NCBI GenBank assembly: GCA_963748245.1 | Contig: CAVVIA010000006.1 | Coordinates: 474,050-538,049 of the forward strand | Source of the DNA: an uncultured Actinomycetota bacterium | GTDB lineage: Bacteria; Actinomycetota; Actinomycetes; Propionibacteriales; Kribbellaceae | Reading direction: 5' to 3' | DNA: 64,000 nt | Part shown: piece after piece, positions 22,907 through 33,185 of the stretch | Layout: each line of letters starts with the position of its first letter | How positions within the stretch are numbered: the first letter of the stretch is position 1 | Translations under genes and position numbers: made by a program | The notes under the pieces: generated by a model | What the model was told of the DNA's origin: nothing | Seen by the model: only the letters and a program-made list of their open reading frames with translations | Database searches by the model: none

Positions 22907-23707
22907 ATGCACATGACCGTGCAGAACGCGCGCCCGATCGGCGCGCACCACCCACTCGTCCGCGACCTGCTCACCGTCCGCAAGGACGGCGCCCCCGGCC
23001 GAATCATGATCGAGGGCAGCTGGGAACACGACCGCCTGCTCACCACCAAGACCCCGATCGACACCTTCTTCTGGTGCCCTGAGGCCGGTACGCCGTACGC
23101 CGTCGACCGGATCGCCGAACGCGCCGCCGAGGTCTACCGCATCTCGGAGAAGCTGCTAACCCGACTGTCCCGCAAGACCCGCTCCGACGGCCTGATCTCG
23201 GTCGTCCGCCTGCCCGTCTGGCGACCGCAGACGTTCCGGTTCACCAACTCGTCGCTGGTCCTGATCGCCGACGGCGTCGAGTACGCCGGCAACCTCGGCA
23301 CCCTGATCCGTACGGTCGACGCGGCCAACGCCGACTGCCTCATCGTGACGAGCCGGCGAGCGCGACCGAGCCACCCGGCCGTCTACTCCGCCAGCCGCGG
23401 CACCGTCCTGTCGACCCCGGTGCTGGAGTTCGACGACATCGCTCAGGCGGCCGCGTGGTTGCGCGGTCACAACTTCCGCGTCCACCTCGCCGATCCGGCG
23501 GCCACCGACAGCTACCGCAACGCCGATTACGACGGCCCGACCGCGTTCGTCGTCGGGTCCGAAGGCGGCGGGTTGTCGAGGGCTTGGCACGAGCAGGGCT
23601 GCGAGGCGGTCTCGATCCCGATGCTCGGCCAGGCGGATTCACTCAATGTCGCGCTGTCGGCCGGCATCCTGCTGTTCGAAGCGCGGGCTCGGAAGGAAGG
23701 TTGGTGA
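22907..23707 (+). CDS. TrmH/SpoU-family RNA 2'-O-methyltransferase
   Basis: GNLGTLIRT, VVGSEGGGL, IPMLGQADSLNVA. Confidence 0.93.
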   Translation: MHMTVQNARPIGAHHPLVRDLLTVRKDGAPGRIMIEGSWEHDRLLTTKTPIDTFFWCPEAGTPYAVDRIAERAAEVYRISEKLLTRLSRKTRSDGLISVVRLPVWRPQTFRFTNSSLVLIADGVEYAGNLGTLIRTVDAANADCLIVTSRRARPSHPAVYSASRGTVLSTPVLEFDDIAQAAAWLRGHNFRVHLADPAATDSYRNADYDGPTAFVVGSEGGGLSRAWHEQGCEAVSIPMLGQADSLNVALSAGILLFEARARKEGW

Positions 23708-23754
23708 GCGGCCAGGCAGAATTGCCACCGCCACCCGAAGAGAAGGAGTAAGAC

Positions 23755-24732
23755 GTGCCGTTCGAGCCTGGCGAGGTCGTCGCCCCCGGAGATCCGCGCA
23801 TCGTCCTGGAAGGCCAGTGGGGTCACCAGCCGGGGCTGGCGATCACCGTCAACTCAGGCTCCCGGATTTCGTTCTCCTTCGCGGGCGAGCGGCTCCAACT
23901 GCTCTTCGACACGACCGGACTCACCGTCGCGCCACACCTGTGGATCACGATCGACGACGGTGAGCCGGAATTGCACCTGATCGAGGACGCGGTGATCGAG
24001 CTGTCCGCGCCGGACGGTCGTCACCAGGTCGAGGTCGTGGTCAAGGACGTCAACGAGCACGTCAACCGGTGGAACCCGCCGTTCGAGTGCGCGGTCGTGT
24101 TCGCCGGGCTGGTGCTGGACGTGAACACCCGGCTGCGGCTCAGCGGCCGGCCGGGTGGTCCGCGGCTCGAGTTCTACGGCGACTCGATCACGCAGGGCGT
24201 TCGCGCGCTCAGCGCTCATCCGGAATCCGAGGGCGCCGACGGTACGACGTCGTACGCCTATCTGACCGCGCGTGCCTTCGGTGCCACGTCGTACCAGGTC
24301 GGCTTCGGGCGGCAGGGCATCCTCCGGACCGGCAACGGTGACGTGCCGCCGGGGGTGGAGTCGTTCGGCTGGAACTTCGCCGGGTCGCCGGCCGAGCGGG
24401 TGGAGCCGTCCGAGGTGGTGGTGATCAACCTCGGCGTGAACGACGAGACGCTGGAGCCGGAGCAGTACGCCGCCTTCGTGACGCGAGTGCGGACGGCGTA
24501 CCCGGCGACGACGATCGTGTCGCTCACCCCGTTCAGCGGCAAGCACGCCGACGCGATCAAGACCGCGGTCAAGTCGCTCGACGACCCCAATCTCGTCCTG
24601 GTCGACTCCACCGGCTGGATCACCGAGGCCGACACCACCGACGGCGTCCACCCGTCCGTCCCGGGCCACGCCAAGATCGCCGACCACCTCGTCACCGCCC
24701 TCGAAACCCACACCAGCCTCCGCCGTCGCTAG
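23755..24732 (+). CDS. SGNH/GDSL esterase (CE2-like)
   Basis: YGDSITQG, NLGVND, DGVHP. Confidence 0.9.
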   Translation: MPFEPGEVVAPGDPRIVLEGQWGHQPGLAITVNSGSRISFSFAGERLQLLFDTTGLTVAPHLWITIDDGEPELHLIEDAVIELSAPDGRHQVEVVVKDVNEHVNRWNPPFECAVVFAGLVLDVNTRLRLSGRPGGPRLEFYGDSITQGVRALSAHPESEGADGTTSYAYLTARAFGATSYQVGFGRQGILRTGNGDVPPGVESFGWNFAGSPAERVEPSEVVVINLGVNDETLEPEQYAAFVTRVRTAYPATTIVSLTPFSGKHADAIKTAVKSLDDPNLVLVDSTGWITEADTTDGVHPSVPGHAKIADHLVTALETHTSLRRR

Positions 24733-24772
24733 GAGCTTGCCCGGGTACGGCGACCTGGTCAGGATGATCGAC

Positions 24773-25135
24773 ATGGCGGAGAACAAGTTCTCGAGCGTGG
24801 ACGAGTACATCGCATCGTTCCCGGCCGACGTCCAGGAGGTGCTGGAGGAGGTACGCCGTACTATCCGGGCGGTCGTCCCGGACGCGGGGGAGAAGATCAG
24901 CTACCAGATCCCCGCCGTCACCCTCGACGGCAAGGCGCTCATCTACTTCAGTGGCTGGAAGGAGCACATCTCCGTCTACCCGATCCCACCCCTCGACGAC
25001 GCCCTCGCCGCCGAGATCGAGCCCTACCGCTCAGGCAAAGGCACCCTCAAGTTCCCCCTGAACAAACCCATCCCTTACGCCCTCATCACCCGCCTCACCC
25101 AAGCATTCGTCGCGGCTCGGGCTCAGCGCTCGTAG
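24773..25135 (+). CDS. DUF1801/YdhG-like protein
   Basis: SVDEYIASFP...EKISYQIP...KGTLKFPLNKPIPY. Confidence 0.9.
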   Translation: MAENKFSSVDEYIASFPADVQEVLEEVRRTIRAVVPDAGEKISYQIPAVTLDGKALIYFSGWKEHISVYPIPPLDDALAAEIEPYRSGKGTLKFPLNKPIPYALITRLTQAFVAARAQRS

Positions 25136-26043
25136 GCGGGCTCGATCGCTCGGGCGAGCATGACGATCGGGATCGGGCGCATCGAAGAGAAGGGGAGCGA
25201 ATAGATCGAGACGAACGTCTGTTTGCTGGTGCGGAACGCCAGCACCCCGTTGCTCTGCTGCCAGCCCTCGGCGCCGACGCTCACCCGATGTGCCAGACCG
25301 GACGTCCCAGTGCCTGCGTCCTTCACGTACATGAAGTCGAGAGCCGCATCGGAGCCGAAGCCTCCGGAGCGAGTCTGGACAGCACGGGTGTCCGAACCCC
25401 ATAGGCAGAAGAGGTAGCCGCCGACAACTACATCACGTCGTACCACTGACTTGGTGCCGAGCACGTGCTCGGCTGCTGTGGTGCCGCGGGCGCACTCGGG
25501 GCGCTCGACCACAGGCGGAGCAGCCGGAATCCCGCCGGGCAGCGTAGTGATCGTTCGCGCGATGGCCTTGAGTTCGTCCAACCCGCCGTACCCGTGGTTC
25601 TCCGCCGCGACCCTGATCAGTCGGTCGTCGGTGCGGAACGCAAGCCACGGCGCGTCCGCCGCCGGATCGACCGCCCAGGAGTCCGGTCCGACTCCGCCGT
25701 CGATGACTTTGGCGAAGGTCTCGGGCCGGCTGAGCTCATCGTTCTTCCGGAATTCAGCTGCGTTCACCGCGCTGACCGGGAGGATCGACACCGCGATGCG
25801 GATGCCGTGGCTCGACTGTGCCGAGTCGGTCAGCGTGCAGCGGTCGGCTGCCGGTGCGGTGAGGACCGGCTTCGACTCCGCGACCTTCCAATCGCCTGTC
25901 AGCGTCGAGCGAATCCGTTCGCACAAGGTGCCTGTCGGCTGTGGAGCGGCCTGTGGGGTGGTCGTCGGCTGCTTCGTCGTATCACACGCGGACAGAGTCA
26001 GCAGGACGACCGCACAGGTGACGCTGATGGTGGCTCGACGCAT
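25123..26043 (-). CDS. Hypothetical lipoprotein
   Basis: Signal peptide with lipobox LSAC; two Cys-paired subdomains. Confidence 0.75.
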   Translation of the reverse strand: MRRATISVTCAVVLLTLSACDTTKQPTTTPQAAPQPTGTLCERIRSTLTGDWKVAESKPVLTAPAADRCTLTDSAQSSHGIRIAVSILPVSAVNAAEFRKNDELSRPETFAKVIDGGVGPDSWAVDPAADAPWLAFRTDDRLIRVAAENHGYGGLDELKAIARTITTLPGGIPAAPPVVERPECARGTTAAEHVLGTKSVVRRDVVVGGYLFCLWGSDTRAVQTRSGGFGSDAALDFMYVKDAGTGTSGLAHRVSVGAEGWQQSNGVLAFRTSKQTFVSIYSLPFSSMRPIPIVMLARAIEPAYER

Positions 26044-26114
26044 GTGATGCACCCTCCCCAGGAACGTACGTCGGCCGCAGCCTATGGCCTGGTGAGCCGG
26101 GCGAGAAATTTGAG

Positions 26115-27504
26115 CTAGTCGGTGATGAGGTCTTGGGGGTCGGGGGAGGGTGGGCGGGTCAGGGTCCAGTCGTTGAAGTGTTGGTCGAAGCGGTACCAGA
26201 GGGCGTCGGATCCGAGGCGGAGTTGGGTTTTGCCGGCGGTGACCTGGTTGGCGTGGATCGTGGCGCCGGGGAGGGCGGCGAGGGCTTCGGCGAGCGCGGC
26301 CTCGTCGACTTCGGTTGGTTCGTCGACGGTGGCTGCGAGGCCGCCGGGGCCGCCTTCGCGCCAGGCGACGGCCCAGCTGGTGAGTCGGCGGGCGGGGACG
26401 CCGGCTCGGTGGGCCAGGTCGGCCAGCTCGGGGGTGCCGAGGAGCAGAGACGCACGGCGGGCGAGGTCTTGGTCGAAGGTGAGGTGCAGGCCACCGTCGC
26501 CGTCACCCGGACGCAAGCTCCCAGGCTCGGCGAGCGGCGTCGGTCGCCAGCGCAACCAGATCGCGGACGTCGACACCTGAAGACCGAGGCGGATCCAACG
26601 CCTGAACAGCCGCCGGCACCCCATGCGCCCCCATCGGCCGAGGCGGCACAGGCACATCCACGGCCGCAGCGGACGCGGCGCGCGAGGTGAGGTGGGCGCA
26701 GGCGAGGACGTGGTCCCGGGCGCGGGTGTGGAGGCGGGCGTGGAAACCGGGGCGGACGCACCTGCCAGGGCACCCGTGGTCTCGGGGGCAGGGGTGGAGA
26801 TAGCCGTGGTGGCGCGGAGGTGTTGGGCGAAGGCTTTCTTGGCGGGGATGCCGGGAGGTGGGGGTTGCCGGGGTGGGGTGGTCGGCGCGGCTCCTGGGAT
26901 GGAGCGGCGGGAGCGCAGGGCGGACAGGAGTTCGTCGCGGCGGCGGCCTCGGAGGAGGAGCAGGGCGAACGGGTCGTCGTCGAGGGTGTCGGCGACCAGG
27001 TAGCAGACGGCGGCTGAGTGTTTGCACGGGACGGCGAAGTCTGGGCAACTGCAGTTCGTCAGGACCTCGCCGGCGCCTGGGAGCAGGTCCAGCCCGGCGG
27101 CGTGTACGTCGTCGATGACCTCGGGTGGGAGCTCACCGTCCAGCAGTGCTGCCACTCGGCCGATCTGAGCGGAGATCACGTCGAGTACGGCGTCCCACTC
27201 GGCCGTCGTGAAGGCGCGGATCCGGACCGTCACCTGGTACGGCGTGACGCGGCTGCCCTGCACCACGGCCTCCACCTCGTCCGGGAGAAACCGTCAGCTC
27301 CAGAACACTCCCGCGCCGAGCGTACGAGCGCCCCCGCGACAGCCGGTTCGGATCCAGCCGAGCCCGTTGCTCGAACGCCTCCAACCAGGCCCGTCCCCAC
27401 CACGTCGCCCCAAACGGCCGCCGGCTCCCAGCACCCTTGGCGGCAGGAAGCCCCGCATCCTCACCCTTCCGCCGCCAGCCCTGCCACGGCGTCCGCTCAT
27501 TCAT
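26115..27504 (-). CDS. SWIM zinc-finger protein (frameshifts near 27280, 26690, 26510)
   Basis: FGATWWGRAW...RLSRGRSYAR, then CSCPD...PCKH...DDDPF; pieces lie in several ORFs. Confidence 0.85.
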
Positions 27505-30349
27505 CCTCCTCACCTCCAACAGCAGGTCGGGATTTCCCAATGGCAGAAGGGTTGTAGGCGCTTGCAGAGCCTGACTTCACCGGGCCGGTCGACAGCTCGA
27601 CCAGCTCGGTCAGCTCAGAGTCGGACAGCTCGCTCAGCCAGGCCTCGCCCGAGCCGACCACAGCGTCGGCGAGGTTGCGCTTGCTTGCGATGACGGTGGA
27701 GATCCGGTCTTCCAGCGTGTTCTCGGTGACCAGCCGATGAACCTGGACCGGCCGGTCCTGCCCGATCCGGTACGCGCGGTCGGTCGCCTGATCCTCGACG
27801 GCCGGGTTCCACCAGCGGTCGTAATGCACCACATGCGTCGCACGCGTCAGCGTCAACCCAACCCCGCCGGCCTTCAGCGACAGCAGGAACACCTGCGCCT
27901 CACCGGCCTGGAACTCCGCGACCAACTGCTCCCGCTTCCGCACCCCGATCCCGCCGTGCAGGAACAACGTCTTGATCCGCCGCGCCGCCAGATGCGCCTC
28001 GATCAGCCGGCACATCTCGACGTACTGGCTGAAGATCAGCACCGACTCACCTTCGGCCAGGATCACGTCGAGCAGTTCGTCCAGCGCGGCGAACTTGCCC
28101 GAACGGCGCTCCAGCGGACCCGGCTCGTGCAGGAACTGCGCCGGATGGTTGCACACCTGCTTCAACTGTGTCAGCAAGCTCAGCACCAGCCCGCGCCGCG
28201 CGATCCCCTCGGCCGACTCGATCTTCGCCAGCGTCTCCTTGCGCAACGGCCTGATACAGCGTGGCCTGCTCGACGGTCAGCGGTACGACGACGTCGTGCT
28301 CGGTCTTCTGCGGCAACTCCGGCGCGATCCCCGGATCGCTCTTCTTCCGCCGCAACAGGAAGGGCCGTGTCACCCGAGCGAGCCGAGCGGTCGCCTCCTC
28401 GTCGTGATACCGCTCCACCGGTACGGCGACATCGTGCCGGAACCGATCCAGCGTCCCCAGCAACCCCGGCGCCGCCCAGTCCAGGATCGACCACAGCTCC
28501 GACAACCGGTTCTCCACCGGCGTCCCGGTCAGTGCGATCCTGGTTGCCGACGGCAACGTCCGCAACGCCCGTGCCGTCCTGGACAAGGGGTTCTTCGCGT
28601 GTTGCGCCTCGTCCGCGACCGCGAGTCCCCAGAACAGCTCGCCGAGCACCCGATGGTCCTGCCGCACCACGCCGTACGTGGTCAGCACGACCTCGTCCGG
28701 AGCGAGATCGCTGAGCGTCCGCCCGGCCCCGTGATACCGCCGCGTCGGCACGTCCGGAGCGAACCGCGCGAACTCCCGCTCCCACGTCCCGAGCAGTGTC
28801 GACGGACAGACCACCAAGGTCGGCCCGCGGCCCTTGCAGTTGGAGATGCAGCGCGATCACCTGGATCGTCTTGCCCAGACCCATGTCGTCCGCGAGACAT
28901 CCACCGAGGCCGAGATTCGCGAGTTGCGCCATCCACGCGACGCCCCGCCGCTGGTAGTCGCGCAGCGTCGCGTGCAACCCGACCGGTTGCTCGAACGGCG
29001 CGGGCTCCTCGGCCGCTCGCAGCCGCGCCAGCATCGACGCGAGCGATCCATTCGGATCGAAGGCGACCAGCTCGCCATCGACCTCGATGGTCCCGGTCAA
29101 CGCCGCGCCGAGCGCCTCCGCGCCGGTCAGCTTCCGCGTGCCGCCGCGCCGCAGCTTCCGGACGAGGTCGTGGTCGACCCGCACCCACCGCCCGCGCATC
29201 CGGATCATCGGCCGCTTCGCCTCCGCGAGCGCCGCGACCTCCTGCTCGGTCAGTTCCTCGCCCGTCCAGCGTCGGCCGCCACCGGAAAGCGACCAGTTCG
29301 TTCAAGTTGAAGTCCGGCCCGGTCACCGCTCCAGGTGTCGGCGTCGCAACCGTCCCACGCACAGCCAACTCGCCCGCGAACAGCTCAGTCGGCCAGAGCA
29401 CCTCGATCCCGGCGCCTTCCAACGCCGTACTGCCCTCGGCCAACTCCTCCAGCGCCTCGTCGTCGACCCCGACCTCCGATGGCGCCGCATCCCGCAACGC
29501 GGCACCGAGCGGCGGCCACACCCGAGCCCCACGCCGCAACGCCAGCAGCAGATCGGTCTCCGCCCGCTCGCCCAGCGCCGCGAGGACGGCGGCCGGCGCA
29601 CTCCACACGTCCTCGACATCCACCAACAGACTCGGATCCACCCCGCTGCGCAACTGCAGCACAGCCCTGAACTCGGCCTCATCGTCAGGTGGTTCGATCC
29701 GCAGCACCAATCGCGCACCGGCGGCCTCGCTCTGCGCGGTCTCCTCCAGCCACGCGGTCGCGCCCGTCACCTCGACCGGCTCCGCCGCCGCGAACGCTGA
29801 CGCACCCGGCCGTACGGCGACCGCCGCGGCCGGCGTCCGCACGAGCGTGTCCGCGATCGCATCCCAGAACGCCCGCACCAACTGCTCCGGATCGACCAGC
29901 CGCACCGGTCGCGTCCCCTCGATCGGCAAGGCATGCGCGTACGGCGACATCGCCGTACCCAGGTTCCTCAACCAGCCGCGATCCAGCGGATCCAGCGGCG
30001 CCACCCGCCACGCGCCGTACCCGTCGGGGCTGCGATCCGGCACCAGCCGTCCACGCGCGATCAACCCCACCCCGGCCAACGCCGCCGCCCGCCACGCCTC
30101 CCAGCTCGCCGAACCAAACAGGCCGTCCGACCCGACGAGGCTGTCCGACCCGGCAGATCCGAGCCGGTCGAGGACCTCCGAGATCGCCAGCATCCGCGCC
30201 GGCACCACGGTCCGCCGCACCTGCGACCCCTTCGGCAGCACGAGCTCGACGGTCCCGTCGGCGACCTCGCCCGCCGCCGCGAGGTCGCCGTACAGCGCCA
30301 ACCGGCCCGCCCGCGGCGGGTCGGCCGGCACGAAAACGGCGTCGAACAT
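27497..30349 (-). CDS. SNF2-family helicase/ATPase (frameshifts near 29270, 28830, 28245)
   Basis: [58 protein letters not shown] across four ORF pieces. Confidence 0.93.
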
Positions 30350-30420
30350 GCCCTGCACAGTACGCCGGACCACCGACAGATTCCCGCCCGTCACCGAGCA
30401 CCTGTGGACAACCGCCCGAC

Positions 30421-30451
30421 TTGACCTGAACTCAAGTTGAGGTTGCACCTC
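30421..30451 (+). promoter_or_regulatory. MerR/SoxR-type operator overlapping a promoter
   Basis: TTGACC (-35) overlapping the 18-bp dyad CCTGAACT-CA-AGTTGAGG. Confidence 0.65.
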
Positions 30452-30481
30452 GAGGGACCTGAGAGCCCTGAAGGAGCAGAT

Positions 30482-31457
30482 ATGAGAGCAGCGGTAGTCA
30501 CCGAGTTCGGCATCCCCGACGTGATCAAGACCCAGGACTGGCCCGACCCCGAGCCGGGCCCGGGTGAGGTCGTGGTCGAGGTCGCGGTGGCCGACGTCAT
30601 CTTCGTCGAGACGGCCATCAGACAGGGCCGGCACAGTCAGTTCTTCGACGTGAATCCGCCTTACGTGCCAGGCGGTTCACTCGCCGGCACGGTCCGCGCG
30701 GCCGGTCCGGACGTGTCGACGGACTGGATCGGCAAGACCGTCGTCGGCCGCGCGACCGGCTTCGGCGCACACGCCGAGCTCGCCCGGGCCGACGCCGGCG
30801 GTCTCGTCGAAGTCCCGGCCGAACTCAACCTCGAGACAGCGATCGCGGTCTTCGGCGACGGTTTCACCGCTCTCATGCTCGAGGACCTGGCCCCGCCGAT
30901 GCAGGGCAAGGAAGTGCTCGATCACCGCGTCCGCGGGCGGCATGGGCCTGCTCCTGATCCAGCTCGCACACCGCGCCGGCGCACACGTCATCGCAGCCGC
31001 GCGCGGACAGGCGAAGCTCGACCTCAGCAAGGCACAAGGAGCGGATGTGGTGATCGACTACTCCACGCCGGGCTGGGAGAAGTCGGTGCTCGAGGCAACG
31101 AGCAACCACGGCGCCGACATCGTCTTCGAAGGCGCCGGCGGCCAGCTCGGTGCGACCGCGTTCACCGTGGTCAAGGACGGCGGCTGGTTCTCCGCGCACG
31201 GCGCCCCGAGCGGAGGCTTCGCCGCGTACGACGCTGACGAGGCCGAACGGCGCGGGGTCACGGTGAAGGGGATCAACGACCTGCGAGCCGACACCACCAG
31301 TACGACGATCACAGGCGCCGACGTGATCGCCAGAGCCGTCGCAGGCGACCTCAAACCCGTTGTGGACCAGGTCTACGACCTAGACCACGTGGCTGACGCC
31401 CACACCGCGCTGGAGCAACGCACGTTGCTCGGCAAGGCCCTGATCAGGGTCAGTTAG
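30482..31457 (+). CDS. MDR-family NADPH:quinone oxidoreductase (frameshift near 30920)
   Basis: PEPGPGEVVVEV...PPYVPG; ASAGGMGLLLIQLA nucleotide-binding loop after the shift; GKALI at C-terminus. Confidence 0.9.
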
Positions 31458-32788
31458 TCGCCGACCGGTTGGTCCGCATGGTCGGTGACGGCAGGCGGGT
31501 CGGGACGGGCCGTGACGATCCTGTTGCGCCCGTCCCGCTTCGCACTGAGTAGTGCGTTGTCGGCCGCGAGGACCAGTTGGTCCATGGTGTCCGCGACGTC
31601 CGGGTACACCGCCGCACCGAACGACGCCGGTACGCCGGTGATCACCGCAGTAGTAGCCATCGCCGTGTCCACCGACACGCTCAAGGTGCTGAGCCGGTCA
31701 CGGATCCGCTCGGCCACCTCCAGTACCTCGCCCTCCGTGGCGCCAGGCAGCAGCACGGCAAGCTCGTCTCCGCCGACCCGTGCGACCAGATCGCCTTGCC
31801 GGACCTCCGCACGCACGCTCTCGCCGACCGCACGCAGGGCCTGGTCCCCAGCCGGGTGGCCGTAGGTGTCGTTGATCTCCTTGAACTTGTCCAGGTCCAG
31901 CATCAGCAGACCGACAGAGCTGCGCAGCGTCTCGGCCCGAGCCAGCTCAGCCGGTACGGCGCTGGCCCAGTACGCCGGAGTGGCCAGTCCGGTCTTCACG
32001 TCCGTCCCTGCGGCCCGCTGGAACTGCGGCAGCAGCAGGTCGCGGTGCAGCGTCAGCACAGTCACCATCAGGATCGGCACGACCCACGGGTACGACGCCT
32101 GCAGTGCAGCGACCGCCACACCGAGGCCGAGGCCGGCCACCACGACGAGCTGGTCGGCCAGGTCTCCCAGTGCGCTACGGGCGGTGGCGTCGGGGGAGGA
32201 GAGCAGGATCGCGCCGATCACCAGCGCGAAGTTCACCAGCCACCAGGTCGCGGCCGCGCCGACCACGACCAGCAGCGTCCACGGCCCGGTCGGCACCCGT
32301 GGCTCGGTCAGCAGGCCGCCACCACGCAGTACACCGGCAGCGGCGGCACTGGCCAGGATGAACGTGCTGGCCGAGAACACCTTGCGGTGCGCGATGGTCC
32401 GTCCGTAGACCCGGATCCAGGAGTACCCGTAGGTCACGACGATCAGCGCGATCACCAGGCTGAGCGGGAGCAGCAGGAGGCCGGCGAAGACCCAGAGGCT
32501 CTTCAGATTGGTGTACGGCGAAGTGTTCGCCGCCATCTCGCGTCGGCGCTCGATTCCGCGGGCAGACTCCAGGTGAAGCACCGAGGCGGACGCCAGCACT
32601 GCGAAGGCGACCCACTCGGACGGCCTGACGCCGGTTCGGGCACCGGAGACCGTCGAGGCCAGAGCCAAGGCGGTGATCATGACTGCAACGGCGTCGACGC
32701 CGAGCACATAGCTCAGCGCGGGACGCGGCAACGACCAGAGCTTCCAGCGGCGGGGTGGCACCCATCTGCTCCGACCGATCAGAATCAT
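31454..32788 (-). CDS. Membrane diguanylate cyclase
   Basis: About 7 TM helices, then DVKTGL, DLDKFKEINDTYGHPAGD, RQGD I-site and GGDEL. Confidence 0.93.
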   Translation of the reverse strand: MILIGRSRWVPPRRWKLWSLPRPALSYVLGVDAVAVMITALALASTVSGARTGVRPSEWVAFAVLASASVLHLESARGIERRREMAANTSPYTNLKSLWVFAGLLLLPLSLVIALIVVTYGYSWIRVYGRTIAHRKVFSASTFILASAAAAGVLRGGGLLTEPRVPTGPWTLLVVVGAAATWWLVNFALVIGAILLSSPDATARSALGDLADQLVVVAGLGLGVAVAALQASYPWVVPILMVTVLTLHRDLLLPQFQRAAGTDVKTGLATPAYWASAVPAELARAETLRSSVGLLMLDLDKFKEINDTYGHPAGDQALRAVGESVRAEVRQGDLVARVGGDELAVLLPGATEGEVLEVAERIRDRLSTLSVSVDTAMATTAVITGVPASFGAAVYPDVADTMDQLVLAADNALLSAKRDGRNRIVTARPDPPAVTDHADQPVGD

Positions 32789-32909
32789 GGTGGCCTCACA
32801 CGGATAGACCTGAACGGTTATTCCGTAATAGTAACTGCCTGTTCACGCGAGGTCATCCCCAGGCCTGCGAAATTCCATCTGACGGATGGCGACGGAAGGA
32901 TCCAGCACC

Positions 32910-33107
32910 ATGTCGAAGATCAGCACCGGCAACGAGTGGTTCAACGGCGGCAACGAGTGGTTCAGCGGCGGCGGCAACGAGTGGTTCCACGGTGGGAACG
33001 AGTGGTTCCACGGCGGGAACGAGTGGTTCACGCAGAGTGGCAACGAGTGGCTCCGGCGGCCGGGTGGATCCGGTAACGAGTGGTTCACCAGCGGTAACGA
33101 GTGGTGA
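32910..33107 (+). CDS. Small repetitive peptide with eight GNEW(F) units
   Basis: GAAGGA RBS 9 nt before ATG 32910; MSKISTGNEWFNGGNEWFSGGGNEWFHGGNEWFHGGNEWFTQSGNEWLRRPGGSGNEWFTSGNEW*; spacers keep frame; Gly codons vary synonymously. Confidence 0.85.
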   Translation: MSKISTGNEWFNGGNEWFSGGGNEWFHGGNEWFHGGNEWFTQSGNEWLRRPGGSGNEWFTSGNEW

Positions 33108-33153
33108 TCTGACCGACGTTGCCGAAAATTCTTTACCGACATTTTACGGAGTC

Positions 33154-33184
33154 CGTCCGGGGATATTCCCTGAATCTCCGGACG
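33154..33184. terminator. Hairpin between convergent peptide and MFS genes
   Basis: CGTCCGGGGAT ... ATCTCCGGACG. Confidence 0.6.
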
Positions 33185-33185
33185 C

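Noticed and set aside
32925..33107. GNEW repeats as a CRISPR array or tryptophan attenuator leader
   Set aside because: Repeat cores are about 15 bp with short in-frame spacers and there are no cas genes. No trp or other co-directional gene follows; the next gene is convergent.
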